Of a stretch of DNA of 63,447 nucleotides, positions 37,601-51,500 are shown piece by piece (the first letter of the stretch is position 1; each line of letters begins with the position of its first letter). A model generated the notes under the pieces. The model ran no database searches. It saw nothing but the letters and a program-made list of their open reading frames with translations, and was not told the origin of the DNA. Origin of the DNA: Catajapyx aquilonaris (taxonomy: Eukaryota); the NCBI GenBank assembly GCA_000934665.2, contig KZ538536.1:1-63447 (forward strand), in the 5' to 3' direction. The position numbers and the translations under genes were made by a program.

Positions 37601-37926
37601 GCATCCAATTGGATCCAGCCAAGAGGCTTGCAAGCATTATGGAAACAATAGAGTCTGTAGTTGAAGCATCACGTCAAGAGTTCGAGGCTGCCAATCAGGT
37701 GAAGATGGATCCGCCTGACCCTGCCATCTTGGAAGCTCTTAAGTTGACACCCTCAGGGTCTGGTCCAGCACCACCACCTGCTAAGCCAACAATTTCATCT
37801 GGTCCAGCGATGACTGCAGCCTCAAACATGGCCATTTCTCCCACACTGGCCATTGCAGAGGGAATCGAGGGAGTGGTCATAGCCTCAAGGCAGAGTCAGG
37901 CATCTACTAATGAGGTGAACAAATAA
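34686..37926 (+). CDS. Ubinuclein/yemanuclein-like protein (HUN/HRD domain), ~363 aa, divergent and apparently short
   Basis: Exon 34686-34875 (RFEIDL...INFKTLV, NHRD-like) splices in phase 1 to 37025-37926, which contains DLLDGGEGYDLNDTIIDDSEVYEEALPDYLTTALGGHYVNTGPL. A possible donor at 37914/37915 has no recognisable downstream exon. Confidence 0.8.
34982..35088. mobile_element. Tc1/mariner-type MITE (107 bp)
   Basis: TA|CAGGGTGTCCCAAAAGTCTGGACACA ... TGTGTCCAGACTTTTGAGTCACCCTG|TA. Confidence 0.9.
36316..36453. mobile_element. piggyBac-type MITE (138 bp)
   Basis: TTAA|CCCTGTAATGCCCC.TGGGTCATATCTGGCACACCATTT ... AAATGGTGTGCCAGATATGACCCAGGGGGCATTACAGGG|TTAA. Confidence 0.92.
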
Positions 37927-39665
37927 ATTGTTCAATATTAAAACTGGCATTCACCTGCAATCAGATGTAGGTTAACTCGACATTGCTCATACAGTAGATT
38001 TTGGTAATGAATAGTGTAGTTTTTGGAAACTTGTAGTACTTTGAGTTGGATAATTTTTATTTTATTTGATGAAATGCTAAAGGCACACAGTTTCATGGAA
38101 AGAATTGTGAAACCATACAAAAATGTGTCATATAAAAAAAAAAGTACAGTACAGTAGTTAAAGAGTTAGGTCCACATGGTTATCAACCTGCTATTTTGCA
38201 AACCTGTTGTATTATCACATGTACCTGATCATGTCTTGTTGAATTGATTGGACATTTATTAAATTGCAACACTGGATAACTCCATATTGTGGTTTCAAAT
38301 CCTCCATGTGAAAGTTTTACTTGCCCAGTGTTCATGTGACACCAGTTACTTGACATTACTCATTACACTGAATGCTGTTGTGTTGAGAATAATTATTGTA
38401 CTCAGTATATAATGACCTAATTTTTATTACCAAATAATTATTTTTTGGGGAGCGGATTTCTTCTGGGCTGGTGCTAACTGGCTGTTAGGTAAATGTGTGT
38501 AATATATCACATGAACCTGATAATTATGATCACGTGGAATGTTGCAACTGTTAGTTTGGGAAGGCAGTTCAGTACCCTTGTTTGTCTGGGAGCATCAAGA
38601 GTTTCAGATGTCCTTTGCCAAAGTCAGAATAATGTGTTCAGAGCTGGAAGATTAAACCATGTTCATTGATTAATTAATTATTTGGAAGTAAATATTGATT
38701 ATAAATGGTTGGCTACTTAATTTCAAATAACGACACGAATGACCCAGATGCCAAACTGTGACATATTCCCTTGCACATTCCATAAACCACTAATGAAAGT
38801 AATTCGTTAAGGTGAAAATAACATTTTGCAGCATATAATAGGCCTTTTCATCTGGACTTGTGCAGTGCAGGTTAAATTATGGGCTATAATAAAAATTATA
38901 AGTTAATTTTTTAGGAACAGTGCCATTATATCTGAACATTGGTCGCTAGAGAATCGTTTTAATTCCACCAGTGCAGAGAAGTGATTTGTAGGGCACTATT
39001 TGGCTCTAAGAATTTAGCTTCAGTAATCATGTCATTAATGCATTATACATGGGTTTCAAGTCTATACAGTATGTCTCGTCATCCATTTTAGACGCTTGCA
39101 ATCCGGCTGGAAGCACTCAGGGAAATTGATAACTGAAATATTGCCGAAAGATCATAGGATATGATTGTACAGGACCAAAAAAAGCACTTACTACATGTGC
39201 AGAGCATGACTGTACAGTGTACACTCTTCCTTCAACTATAATCAGCTTATTATACTTCCAATTTCTCAAGGGTCCATTAGTGCCGTTTGCAAACAAAAAG
39301 TTTCCGATAAGGTAAGCTACATTCTGCACACGCAAGAGTCGCAAGGCCGAAATATATTTTATTATTAATGACACCTAGCGCCTTGGATATGCAAACAGCA
39401 TTACCTTATACAAGTAGTGCCCCTTATTGTCCTCATGATAAATTGGCCTGAATTAGTTGTTGTCCTACGAGGTCATATAAATAATAAATGGCGAAAAGAT
39501 TGAAGCCATATTGTACCTTTTTGCTTTCAAATCACCAGACTTGATCATATCTCTGATAACAGGAATATAATATGTAATTTGACGGTCCCCTGTTATTATT
39601 ATTGGGAATTTCATACATCAGGAACTGCGTGCACCAAACTTTTCCAGTGCATTTCCCGCTTAAAC

Positions 39666-41689
39666 ATGGAAGGCTGTGGCATGTGCTTGCTTGCAGTCCT
39701 CCTCACTCTGGCCACAATACAAGCTGGAAAAATGGAAGGAAACGGAATGCTTCTTGGGAAGGGAAGTGGTGCGAGTGAGGTGGACATGTTGAAGGACTTG
39801 GTTCAACATACGCTCCAAAGGGAGGATCTGAAGTCGTGCGCTTTGGTCCTGTCCACAGAATCGGATCCATCTGTAACTGTTGGTCTTGATGACATATTGG
39901 CTGGGCAATCGGACAGGTACCTCCCATCCTTCTCAGTGCAAATGACCACCTTTCCCCACTCCTTTGGAGACTACCCCTGGCTGACCAAGCAGGAGGAAAT
40001 GCTGGACTTCAGGACTGTCCCTCCGGACATCCTGTCCCGGGTGTGGTCCGGACTGCCCTGCACCCTTCACCTCATCTTTCCTTCCACTCCTTCTTCCTTC
40101 CCACAGCTGCTCATGTTCACTGCCTCTCTGGTCAACATGTCCCCTGGACAGGACAGGTTCATGGTCCACTTTCAGTCTCCATCCAAGACGAATGAAGTGC
40201 ACCGAGTGATGACCTCACCACCTGCCAGTGCACTCAGGTTAAAAGTGTTCACCAGCATGGAATCGGGACAGATTCGGGTGGAGACTGTTTGCTTCTTCTG
40301 CGGAGAAGGTGGACGACAACAAGTCCAACAAGTGGGACACTTTGGAAACGGACAACTGTGCAACGTAAATTATATATTTACACGCAACGAACACAATCTG
40401 AACGGTAAATGCATAATAATGGGCACCGTGGTAGAAATGGATATGGAAAAAATCAGACGTAATAAGGCAGAAACAGTCACCTTTGACCTAAATGTTTTGG
40501 TGAGAATGCTTCTAACCGCAGAAGAGTTATTACAGGCTTCGATTGTCCCTAAATATGTCGCAGTTAACGATATAAGGATTGACTATCAAAGTGGGAATGG
40601 ATCATGGGAAGGATTACTGGGATATCTTGTGCGTGATGAGATAGATATGATTCCCTTACATATCCCTACTGATAAATCCCTGCCATTCATTATTAACACT
40701 CCATCACCTACTCTTTTTGGTTACTTCACTTTCTTGACCAGACGACCACACGGGATTGTATCGTGGCGTGGCGGTTCATTTTCCAGCCGTACAAAATGTT
40801 ATTTTGGGTTGTCTTTGTAATCATCATTATCGCGTGCACTTTTGCTGCTTACTTATTCATACGATGCAGAGGGTGTGGCTCAAAAAATGCTACCAAGTCA
40901 AAATCGCTGGAAATTATTCTCCGAGTAATGGTCGAGCAACCCCATAACTATGTCAATTTAACCCCTTTCTTTTTTGCATTGTCGCTATTTATTTTCTCAA
41001 CAGTGGTCATCTGCGGATACAAAGGCAAAGTAGTCTCTTTCCTGACATGGCCTCCTAGGGAAACGGTTCCGACCACCTTTTCAGAGTTAGCTTATTCCAG
41101 TTGGAGAGTGGGAGCGATGTTACTTGATTATTTTGTTGCTCAATTCATGGCATCCACTGCAAACAGCACGGTTGTGAATAAGATATTAGACACGCTTTCC
41201 TTAGTCGAGAGCCTCCCTCATTGTTTAGACAAAACATTCAGTGAAGACATTGCTTGTGCCGGTATCAACTTCTTCGTAGATAAGGAACTCTACCGTTACA
41301 GAGTAGATGACGGTGAGTTTCTCCTTCAGTTCTCTGAGGATAAGTTCTTTCCTACATATGGATTCACTGTCTTCTCAAGAGGAAATGCCCCGTTTCAGCA
41401 CGCTGCCGACAAATATTGTGTCCGAGTAATGGCAGAAGCCAATCTGTTTGAGAAATTTCTCCAAGACGAACTTTACGAGAAGACGTTAAGAAATATGAAA
41501 ATTATTGCTCTATTATTGAATATAAATAGAGCTCAAATTATGTCGGATGAAACAGTAAATATTCACAAGTTGTCAAGCGTTTTTCACATTTGGTTCTTAG
41601 GGCTAGGGTTCAGTTTCGCAGTTTTTGCATTGGAATGTCTTAGAAATGTGAAATCTGCTAAGAAAAAAAGCAACAGCAATTGTGAATAG
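39666..41689 (+). pseudogene. Intronless divergent ionotropic receptor (variant iGluR) with a single frameshift; ~672 aa if repaired
   Basis: Signal peptide MCLLAVLLTLATIQA, S1 NGSWEGLLGYLVRDEID, M1 FQPYKMLFW, M2 GYKGKVVSFLTWP...PTTFSELA, M3 LSSVFHIWFLGLGFSFAVFALE. The frame is broken by a tandem duplication of GTGGC at 40763-40772. Confidence 0.88.
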
Positions 41690-41758
41690 TTTTAAAAGTA
41701 ATCTAAAAGTCTGAGTGACACGTAACAACAGGACTAAATCTTCTCAACTAATATTGAC

Positions 41759-42328
41759 CAAAGAGTTATGCTATAATACAAGAAGTTTCTGAATTCAACC
41801 GACAAACTTGTAGGGGTAATAGAGGGGACCAAGACAAGCATATATGAGATAGGAAACCGTGACCGGAAACGCCATCTAGAGGGGGTTCATAGACAAGGAA
41901 CGGGTGCGCTCAGACGCATCAGGCGGGCGGAGTTAGCGAGAGGACCGCTTAGTTGTTAAGTGGCGCGCGGATTGTACACAACTTCGCAATTCGCCATAAC
42001 CTGGCAACAACAGAGACACCTAGCAACTAAAGTGCTAGGTAGCGCTCAGATAATAAACAACTCTGTTGTTGCCAAGTTATGGCGAATTGCTCAGTTGTGT
42101 CTGGTTGTGTACAATCCGCGCGCCACCTAGCAACTAAACGGTAGGCTCGCCTAGCGCCTCCCGCGTGAAGCGTCTGAGCGCACCCGTTCCTTGCCTATGA
42201 ACCCCCTCTAGATGGCGTTTTCGGACACGGGTTCTTATGTGAAAAATACTTGTCTTGGTCCCCTCTACTACCCCTGAAAGTCTTTACAGAGTTACAGGAA
42301 ACACCCTTTATATTATAGCAGAACTCTG
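41759..42328. mobile_element. Nested palindromic MITEs: mariner-like inner element (~41779-42308) inside CAAAGAGTTCTGCTATA-type termini
   Basis: Long inverted arms (agaggggaccaagacaag...gccatctagagggggttcatag...cgggtgcgctcagacgc). Outer ends caaagagttatgctataata/tattatagcagaactctg; decayed 8-bp flanks atattgac/gtattgag. Confidence 0.78.
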
Positions 42329-43139
42329 GTATTGAGTGCATGAGTATGGCATGGAAACTTGAAATGTGTGAGGTTACACAGAGGACCCCACGAGATTGTG
42401 ACTGGGAAGATCATTCTGGAACCATACGAGGTTTAGTCATGTCGGGTTGTGTTTCTATTCAATATTATCTCGTGCAATTTTGCACTTCACATGCTGCATT
42501 TCTGGTACTTCTGTACTTTACAATGTGACATTGTAACATGAATATAAGTTTTAAAAAATCGTGCGCATTCATGAAGTTTGCTTATCCTTTCATTTTATAC
42601 TAAACGCAACGGGTTTGTTACCTTTCTTGTCTTCTACACCTTTATATCCTATTCAAGAACTGTGGAACATTATAATAAGCGAATAACTGCAGCAAATAAG
42701 AGAGGGGATATGTATATAGGATGACTATTTTGGCTCTGGCTCAAGTCTGCGTAAAAATACTCCAATTATTCCCATGTGGACATTTTTTATTTCCGAAATC
42801 CAAAATTGCAATGTCGTAAATGAATAGCCCCTATCAGTAAAAAAAATACGTCGATATCGGTTAGAAATTTGTAACATTCTATTAAAATTCCATGGAATAA
42901 TATTATCAGGCTAGTGAAATTTGAAAGCAGGAGAGATTTTATTAGATCTCAACTTTCACGTAGGCCTAATTAGAATATATCGACACTTCCCTTATCAATG
43001 GTATCACTTATCTGCCGGAATTTCTTGAAAACTGTGTGGGCGAAATGTAATACCGCAGCATGAACAACAACCAGATTTAACATCCAGCAAGTATTAAATG
43101 CGGTATACCACTAGCCAAACCTTTTCTGAGAGTATTTGC

Positions 43140-43239
43140 AGTGGGACAATCGGACAGGCCATCCTTCTCAGTGCAATGATCACCTTTCCTCACTCCTTTG
43201 GAGACTACCCCTGGCTGACCAAGCAGGAGGAAATGCTGG
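43140..43239 (+). pseudogene. Short duplicated fragment of the IR N-terminal region
   Basis: TFPHSFGDYPWLTKQEEML; nearly identical to ~39905-40005. Confidence 0.85.
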
Positions 43240-43653
43240 CCACAGTGATATCCACATTATTCAAAAGCAGAATTGGGAAATTGTTCTAGTCTACATAATA
43301 TTATGAGATCTTCGTTCAAAAATGGATTGCAGAGTGACCGGGTGGAAATATGATGCCACACATTGCATGAAAGTAAGCACTACACAACATGCGAAGAAGG
43401 AAAGTTTGTAGCAAGAAGAAAGATAGCACATTCACTAACAGCTTGTGGATGTTATTGTTGGGCACAGATAAAAAATATTTTGCCATGATCTTGGACATAT
43501 CAAACTTGCATTATACAACGTGTTATTGAAATAAGTGCGCATTTTTTGAAGAATGATATAGTGGTTCGAAAGCGGAAATCCTTTTTTTTTGCCAATGCAC
43601 CACAAAATGAGGATATGTCATGCATCATACAAACACGTCATGTCCTTATAACC

Positions 43654-43943
43654 CAAAGAGTTCTGCTATATTATATATACACCTAGAGGAGGTACTCGGC
43701 CTGAAATGTGAGGCAGGCAACAATGCAGGCAACAATATGACCTCCAACAAGATGGCGGACGCCTGACATTATTGAACTAATTGTCGCTCAGTTGTCATTA
43801 TTGGTTGTTGTCCCAGTTGCTAGACAACTGTTAGAACAACAATATGACCTCCAACAAGATGGCGGCTGCCTCAGCCTGTCTAATGGAAAAGGATAGGGAG
43901 TACCTCCTCTAGGTATTATATTATATAATAGCAGAACTCTTTG
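43654..43943. mobile_element. P-like MITE with 8-bp TSD
   Basis: TTATAACC|CAAAGAGTTCTGCTAT ... ATAGCAGAACTCTTTG|TTATAACC; inner inverted repeat acctagaggaggtactc/gagtacctcctctaggt. Confidence 0.9.
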
Positions 43944-45576
43944 TTATAACCACAATAATACCATGGTTACAACATTACTGCAACAATTAATTCTTTTGTC
44001 ATGCGTCATACCCATAGTAACCATAGTAATGCTATAGTAACCACCACGTAAACCACGGTGACCAATATTTAGACGTCTGTGTATGACCAAGTATGACGCA
44101 TCACAAAGGAGTTAATTGTCCTATTAATTGTCCATGCTCATAACATTACACACAAAAATAATTTATTTGGACATGCCTGGTTCTCATTCAGTGCTAAAAC
44201 AAGACTTGTCCACATTATACTCCAGTGTAGGATGTGTAATATGCATCGTTACAAATAAACTCCATATTCTGGTGCATGTTGAGTTTGGTGTCATCCCGTT
44301 CAACAGAAAATTATAATTAGAAATATTTTTAAAAATTTTCGGGAATTCAGCTTTTCTTTGTTTTCTCGAAAGTAACAAAAGTGGACTTATCATGTTTTTT
44401 TCCCCACCAAATCCCTTCAATTTCATTTAACGGCAGCCAAAGCCCGAGGGGCCAGCCAGCATGTGGACGCCCTGTGCTTGGCCACAGCAAATGATGACAC
44501 CGGATTGAACCGGGTCAGGCAAGAAACAGTGCATTTTTTTTACTTGCTCTTGTTTGCACTAATCTTTTGCAGCCCTCCCTTCCTCGACCCTCCCGGTTTA
44601 TAGCGGTGTGCCGGTGTCTTCTCCTACGGAAGCCCAGCAGGGTCAAGCGCCTACACTCTTCTTGGGAGACCTTCTCTCTCACTCAGAGGCCTACACTTTC
44701 GTGGCGCGAACTCTCTTTACGGGGGAGGATTATAAACAGCCGAGATAACGGAGGTGTGCAATTAACTTAATTATGATTACAGAAATGGCGATCTCAATGT
44801 TTCAAATATATCGTTAGACAGACAAAGATGTGCACTATCCAGGGTTCACAGGTGCATTTTTTTGTCCACCTGAAAGTGTCATTTACAAATCACTTTGCGG
44901 TGTAACGTCGGCAACTAGTCCGAGACACTTTCCCGCCTTCTTTTTACGACAAAAAATTTGAGACTGATGACAATAGGAAAACAACTCGCATATTAAATAT
45001 AACCTTAAATAAAACCTCTATATTAAATGAAGGGATAGTAATTCAAAATTTGTTGTTGTGTTCTCGCCTTTATTTCATGTTATTTTATTTATAAAATTAT
45101 TCATTGCAACTTCCGGCCGCGCCCTTAGGCAATTGCGCATTGTGCCTAATGATAAACCCGATGCTGCACATGCCATCATTTCTTCGGAGATTTTTGCGAC
45201 ATCTGTAATGATTTATTAGAGAAGAGTACGCAACCTCTAAAAATTGGGTGCGGTCAGCCATTGTTGCAAAAATTGAAATGAAATATACTGACGGTCCTTA
45301 GATATTTTGTGACCGTTGCGTCCCCGCAATGCTGGTTAAAAAGCAAAATGATATCTGATGTGCCAATTGCCGGAATTGAAGATTGGTTCGTTCTTCGGGT
45401 CACGTAATTTTTACTCGCAAATTATGACCCTTAACAAAGTAAAAGCAACTTCTGGAAAGCTTGAGTGTATAAATCTGGCGCAAATGTGCATAATGATTTC
45501 CTGAATTATGCAAATTTTATTATGATGGTAACTACAGTATTTCAATAATTGTGAAGGCACGGCAAGTAGCCTACCC

Positions 45577-48500
45577 TCCGTACCCGACACCAACCAGCCA
45601 ATCACTGTAAGGTGTCCGTATCCCCCTTTCCTTCCCATGGCCCAATGAAAGGTCAGAGGGCGCCCCGATGTCGCGTCAAGGTCTATGAAGAATGACTCAG
45701 TCCAGTCCAGTCCAGCCTTTGTCTCCACACTCCAGACTCCACTCCCCAGTCACCACTGGCCAGTCAGTCTAGCCGGGTGAGGGTGACCACACCACTCAGG
45801 TTCTTCTGGTGCAACGGGCTGGTGGCTTCAAGACTATCAAGGGTGAGAAAAGTACAGCGTGGATCGGCCTTCATGGAGTTGGATCTGACCTGGTGTGATT
45901 CACCTCAATAATTGGTAAGCTTACAGCAGATATAACTCGTGTTTTCAATGGTGGTCGTGCTAGTCCATCTGCCCATAGATATTAAAGCTACCTTTATCTG
46001 TCGCACATTTCAAATTATTCTCGATTATTTTGCCACGTCTTCCACTTGAAAAATCGCGACAGGAGGAACCAGTAAAGTTATATTGTTTATATTTGGGCAT
46101 TTTATATGGCTCCATGAGGTGCGTTACATTGCGCCTGTTAGAGACGGTATAGAGAAAGGTGCGCAGGTTACGGAGCCGCATTTGCACTCCAGTAGAGTTC
46201 TTGCTTCTAAACATGGCTAAACCTTGTGTTTAAAAAATTAAGGACTTCAATAAGTAATTTGCTCTCCAGTTGAAAATATGGCAGAGAAAACATTGCATCT
46301 GGACAAAACAAAAGTTTCGAGCCCTGGAGCCGACTTACGTCACGGGGCGGGGCAATACAGTATAATTAATATGGTCTAACATCTATATAAGATAAATCAT
46401 AGCTCGAGATCTAAAATTCATTTCTTCAAACAAAAAAAACACCAAAATTATTATTAAAATATGGAAGGAAATATGGCAGGTTTTGCAATATGTATAAGAT
46501 AGGACTCCATTGTTACGTAGTCGCATTATTCTTTGAAATGGTGTCTGTTGTTTTCTTTCTCCCGAATATTTTTCGCATTATCCGAAAGTTCAGGTTTATT
46601 ATTGTACTAATCTAATAAGTAACGTCCGGAATTTTAGGCACAAATAAACCCTTAAATATGCACAAAAAAATTTTACTTATGCGGCCGTATGGAGGAAAAT
46701 AATTACATATAATCAAAAAGCTAGACAAAAATGTAATAGGCCTAAAGTATAAATATAAGGTTATAAACCAGAGCAAAAACCGAATAACAACGATAACTGA
46801 CAGGAAATCACGAAACTTGGGCGAAAGACAGGAGCACAAAAAATACTTGGCAAAATAACATGCCTCTGAATGAAGGAATATGTCCGGAATGGGCCCACGA
46901 AAAAGTCGAAAAATTGTTTCAAAAAAATTCAAAAACTACCCCAAAAAAGGCCAAATAGGTATGAAAAGGCGCAAAAAGCCAGAATAGGCAAAATAGTTCC
47001 CAAAACACGACATAGGCAATTTTAGGCACTATAAAACCTACATTTTCCACATCCCTCTTGTGAAGAACAAAACTATCCCAACTGTAAAGGAACTAAATAA
47101 GCATTTCATTTGCATTTGCCTAAAAATCCAGGCTTTACTAATAAGGGATAAAATCTAAACCATTAAACAATGCAGTACTGACCTTCAGTCGTCTTTGCAA
47201 TTTTAGGGGCGAAGAGAGTGTTACTCTGTCTCTTCATCACATCACATCACATATTGTAATAATTCATGGTGATGGTGGAGAGGGTCAATAGCAAGGAAGG
47301 GGGGAGGTAATGGGGAGGGGGGAGGTACGGATGGAGGAGTGTTTATAGGAATTATCAGAGACAAAATGTCCAATACGGAATATAAGGCAGAAGTCGCAGA
47401 ACCGATCCAAGACGCCCACAACTCACAGATCACATCCCAACTGAAAGGGACTATATCCGTATTTTTCCAGGAAAACTGTTTTAACTCGTTAGGAACTGGA
47501 AATACAGTAATCTGACAAGTGTCACTGCTGGACGTTTAATTGTTTTGAACGGACCGAGCCCCTTGTAACGGGCTACGGGCTTCGATGTTTATTGGTCTTT
47601 TCCTGTTGCCTTCCTTCCGATCAAAGCTTCGCCGCATCTGAATAACCCAACCCAAATTCTGCCATCGTGAGCGGCAGCTTCAGCTAAAAGAGGGTCCCGT
47701 TTGAGGTTTGAAACGCGACACTTCCCGGCCGGGCCTATCCTAGCCTGCCCGACTCGGGTCCGGCGCTAATCAGTAATCATAATGATGCACAAATGCATAA
47801 TGATGCACCATGCACAAATGCCAGTTGAGTAGATTTTTTTTTCTTAAAAATTTTCGATGTAGAGGACAATGAAAATAGAGGAAAATTAATTTCGGTGACA
47901 ATTTCCTACTGTGGGGGGCAAATGGTAATCCTTGCCCCCACACTCAAAAAACAGTGGGGGCGCCCGCCCCCATGGTTCCGACGTCCCTGTCTCTGGCATA
48001 TAATCTTCCATATAATAATATATAATATAACCCGTTAGTATAACCCGTGAATATTCGCTCCAAACTCAGCTGCTCAGCTAATAGCCGCGTTCGGTTGAGT
48101 CACCCTTTACCTATAAAAGCATCATATCGGTTTGAAGCGGATTTTTCCTGCATGCAGCCCTTTGCCTGCGCATATTTCAGTATGAAGGCACCAGCCTTAT
48201 CACTTTTGACCCTTCTTTCTTCAACCAAGGCTAATGGTTTTCGAAGTGCCTGGGGCCGGGGTTTCAGAAGGAGGGGGAGAAAGGGTGAGGGGGACTCCAC
48301 TCTGCTTTCATAGGCCTGATATGTTACCGAAGTGACACATTTGCGACAATAGAAGCGACGCCAGTCCACATACGAGCACCCCCTTGAGAGGAGACAAACT
48401 CATGTGCTTCAAAACGGGCCTCATCTCTCTCGAGAAGTCCACTATTCGCAGATATGAGAACATACGTAACTCCATTGGAAGGAATGTAGAGGGAAAGGTC

Positions 48501-51500
48501 CACCGATTTGACTGGGAGTTGAGACATATCTCAGGTGGAGCCCGTGGAGGTGAAAGGTAAAGAAGGGTTGGGAGCACTGGGGGTCAATTACGAAAGCATC
48601 CCCCCTCCCCCTTACCCCCACAAATCCACTCAAGAACGATGGCTGACTCATATTTAAAACAAGATGGACAAATCACGTGAGCGTGATTAGAGTAGACTTT
48701 TCCATGTTTATTGCTATTGTCCCCAACGTCCGTCACGGTACGTACTGGTACTGAAATTGAAACGACCCATTCGGCCAAAAGTGGACCTACCCTTTTCCCC
48801 CTCGCTTATCCTACCCCAGACCGCCCCTTTACCCTTTAACAAATATATCCTAGCAAACCCATCATTTACACCCTTTTTCATCCATAGAAAATATCTATCT
48901 TATAGCACGGCTCTGTCCGTCCGTCCGTCCCAGGGGCGAAAGAGGCGGTGGGGGGACGGGGCAGCCTGGGGGAAGGGGCGGATAAGGTGAACCCGGAACC
49001 AGAAAATCTTTAAAAAAAAAGTCTTATAGCACGGCTCTTAGACGTTCTATAAGACATTTTTTCTTGAAAAAGTCTAAAAGGACACCGTGACATGGTGTAG
49101 CCTATGGATCTTTTCACGTGCGGCCTGGCTCCTTTTGACATTCTTGGCGCATAAATAATTACCTGTGCACAGTCGGTGCATATCAAATACATCGTTTTAT
49201 GCAAGTAAAATTAACGTTAATAGATAATTATGGAATAGGTTTTTTTTCCGGTTCCTGTAACTTGCAAGTACTGTAATGTCGCTTCTAAAGTACGAAGCAC
49301 ATTACTATTATCGCCAAAAGCTACTTGAAATAAGGCATCATGCATTGTTGCAGTGGTCTAAGTTATTGTTGCGGGAACGCATGGGCGAGAGGGTTGCATT
49401 GGCCAAGTCCCCAGTTGACGTTGATAAAGAGGCAGGCAAAGAGGATGAGTTTTTCTGCATTGTTACCCCCAGCATCAAGTTGGAAGAGAGTAAGTGCCCC
49501 TGTGCAAAAACTATGAGTAAATAACTTGTAGTGATTATTATTGATCCGGGTTAGATTAGTTGCTGTGGTAAGCAACGAGAGGCGTCCTTCCATATACCCT
49601 ACCACCTTCGTCTTCACCTTGTGCACAGTAGTTGACTAAAAGGGCCGGGAATCCTCCGGAAAAGGCCTCCCAAGGCCACCCTCCAAGTCTTCCCGGATTA
49701 TTTTATAATCAAGACACATTGACCTAGTCGAAAAGAGGAGAAAGGTGACCTTGCATTTGCAATATAAGATAAGGCACATTTACACATCACTCCCCCNNNN
49801 NNNNNNNNNCCCCCCCCCCCCCCCCTCCCTTCCCACAATCGCCCCAGATCAGCTGATGCAGGGTTTGTTGCACGACATAGTTTTTGCAGTGCTCTCTATC
49901 TAACCCAGGTATTTGAGAATGAATGGTCAATAACACTGCATTTACTTGCCGTACTTAGGATACCAGAGACTGATTCGTGGACATTGGGAACAAGATGGAC
50001 TGGATGGCCACTGGGACCTTCCCCTGCCTGTACTGCGACCAGGTGTTTGACAGGAGATGCCTCCTCCTGGGGCACAGCTTCACACACTCCAAGTGGGACG
50101 AGGTCAAGAGGGAGCTGCAGGACGGGGAGGAAGGACTGCTCACTGGTCGGGGTCAGGTGGAGGTCACCATTCGATTCAACAAGGGGGAGGCAGGAGGGAA
50201 TGGAGCACAGGTGAAGGACGCTGTAGTTCGAATCAAGGAGGAGCCTCAGGGGGAGGAAGAGGAGGCAGGAAGGAGTGAAGGACAGGTGAGGGGGACCATC
50301 ACATGGCAGGGAAATGGTCAAACCATGCTAATTTTTGCATATTTGCATTAAGTCACTCACTGGTAGAGATGCCATTGCTGCTGCAACACGAAGTGGTTTG
50401 CAATTTTTGAGTGACATTTTGAAAATTTACATTGCACAATATGGCAAATTAATCCTACTCATATCTAGATTAATGTACAAGCAGTATTTATGTAATTCTT
50501 TACTTCAAGACCAGCATAGTTTTTCTGATTATGGAACTCCTGGACTGAAAAATATTTTTCAACCTAATTGAAAATATAGATAACAGACTTAGCATCATGG
50601 TCAGCAGTTGACCAACCACAAGCACTGGTAGTACACATTTTGTCCTGCTAACTTTTCTTGTGATTGGAGAGCACGGAAATTATTTGCATTCCTGCCTTCA
50701 ATGCCTTCATTAATATTGATGTAATGTGGCAAACGACACAAATTTTTCTTTGGAATGCGGCACAAAATGTGTTAGAAATGACCACAGCATTTATGTGAAT
50801 AAGATTCAATTGTGAAAGAGCAGCCCTCCCTGAATCGCTCCTGATCCACACTAAAAGCTTCATGGAGAAGCCGACTCAGGTTGCATAATGTTATTGGTGC
50901 TGAACTTGGCATAGACACATGCACAAAATGGACGAAGTTTTTTGTGGCTTCATATGATATGTTATGCAGTGAAAGATAAGGACATGTACAAACAAAACCA
51001 ACAGTGGATTCTGTCATTCACATTGCTTGCCAATAAATTGTTCCAGTTAGAAATGCGAATGGTAACAAGTAGCTACTCTATTTGTAATGTTTCGGACAAC
51101 TATTGTATTTTGCTTGGTCCACTAAAATTATTATTATTGGTACAAATGTTGCTCGATAGTACGATATACTAGAAATGTGACAACTATTCCTGTAAATCTC
51201 AGAATTTGGGGTCAAAGTTCTGCAATATTTTTTCCTTACAAGATTCTAATAGCCACAAAAGATGATAGTAAACTGTGATTTAAATTTAAATTTGGCATGG
51301 TAGACTGTTATGCCTGATTATTCTCGAGTTATTTAACCTTCATTCAAAATGGCGTTGAATGAACTTCGTGAGTTATCTTATTGCAATGTCCGAATTTTGA
51401 GGGTTGCCCAGTGTGCAAAAAGGAGCCTAATGCACAATCATCACTTTCGCTAGATGCGAGTTTTAATAAACAAGTTGTGGCTCAAAGAAAAAAAAATGTG

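Noticed and set aside
48040..48780. Minus-strand ORF pieces with HVICPSC (HVICQSC in copy B) as a RING-like gene
   Set aside because: Frames are broken differently in the two copies and no complete motif is present.
49797..49809. N run inside a poly-C tract
   Set aside because: Assembly gap, not a biological feature; it adds some uncertainty to local spacing.
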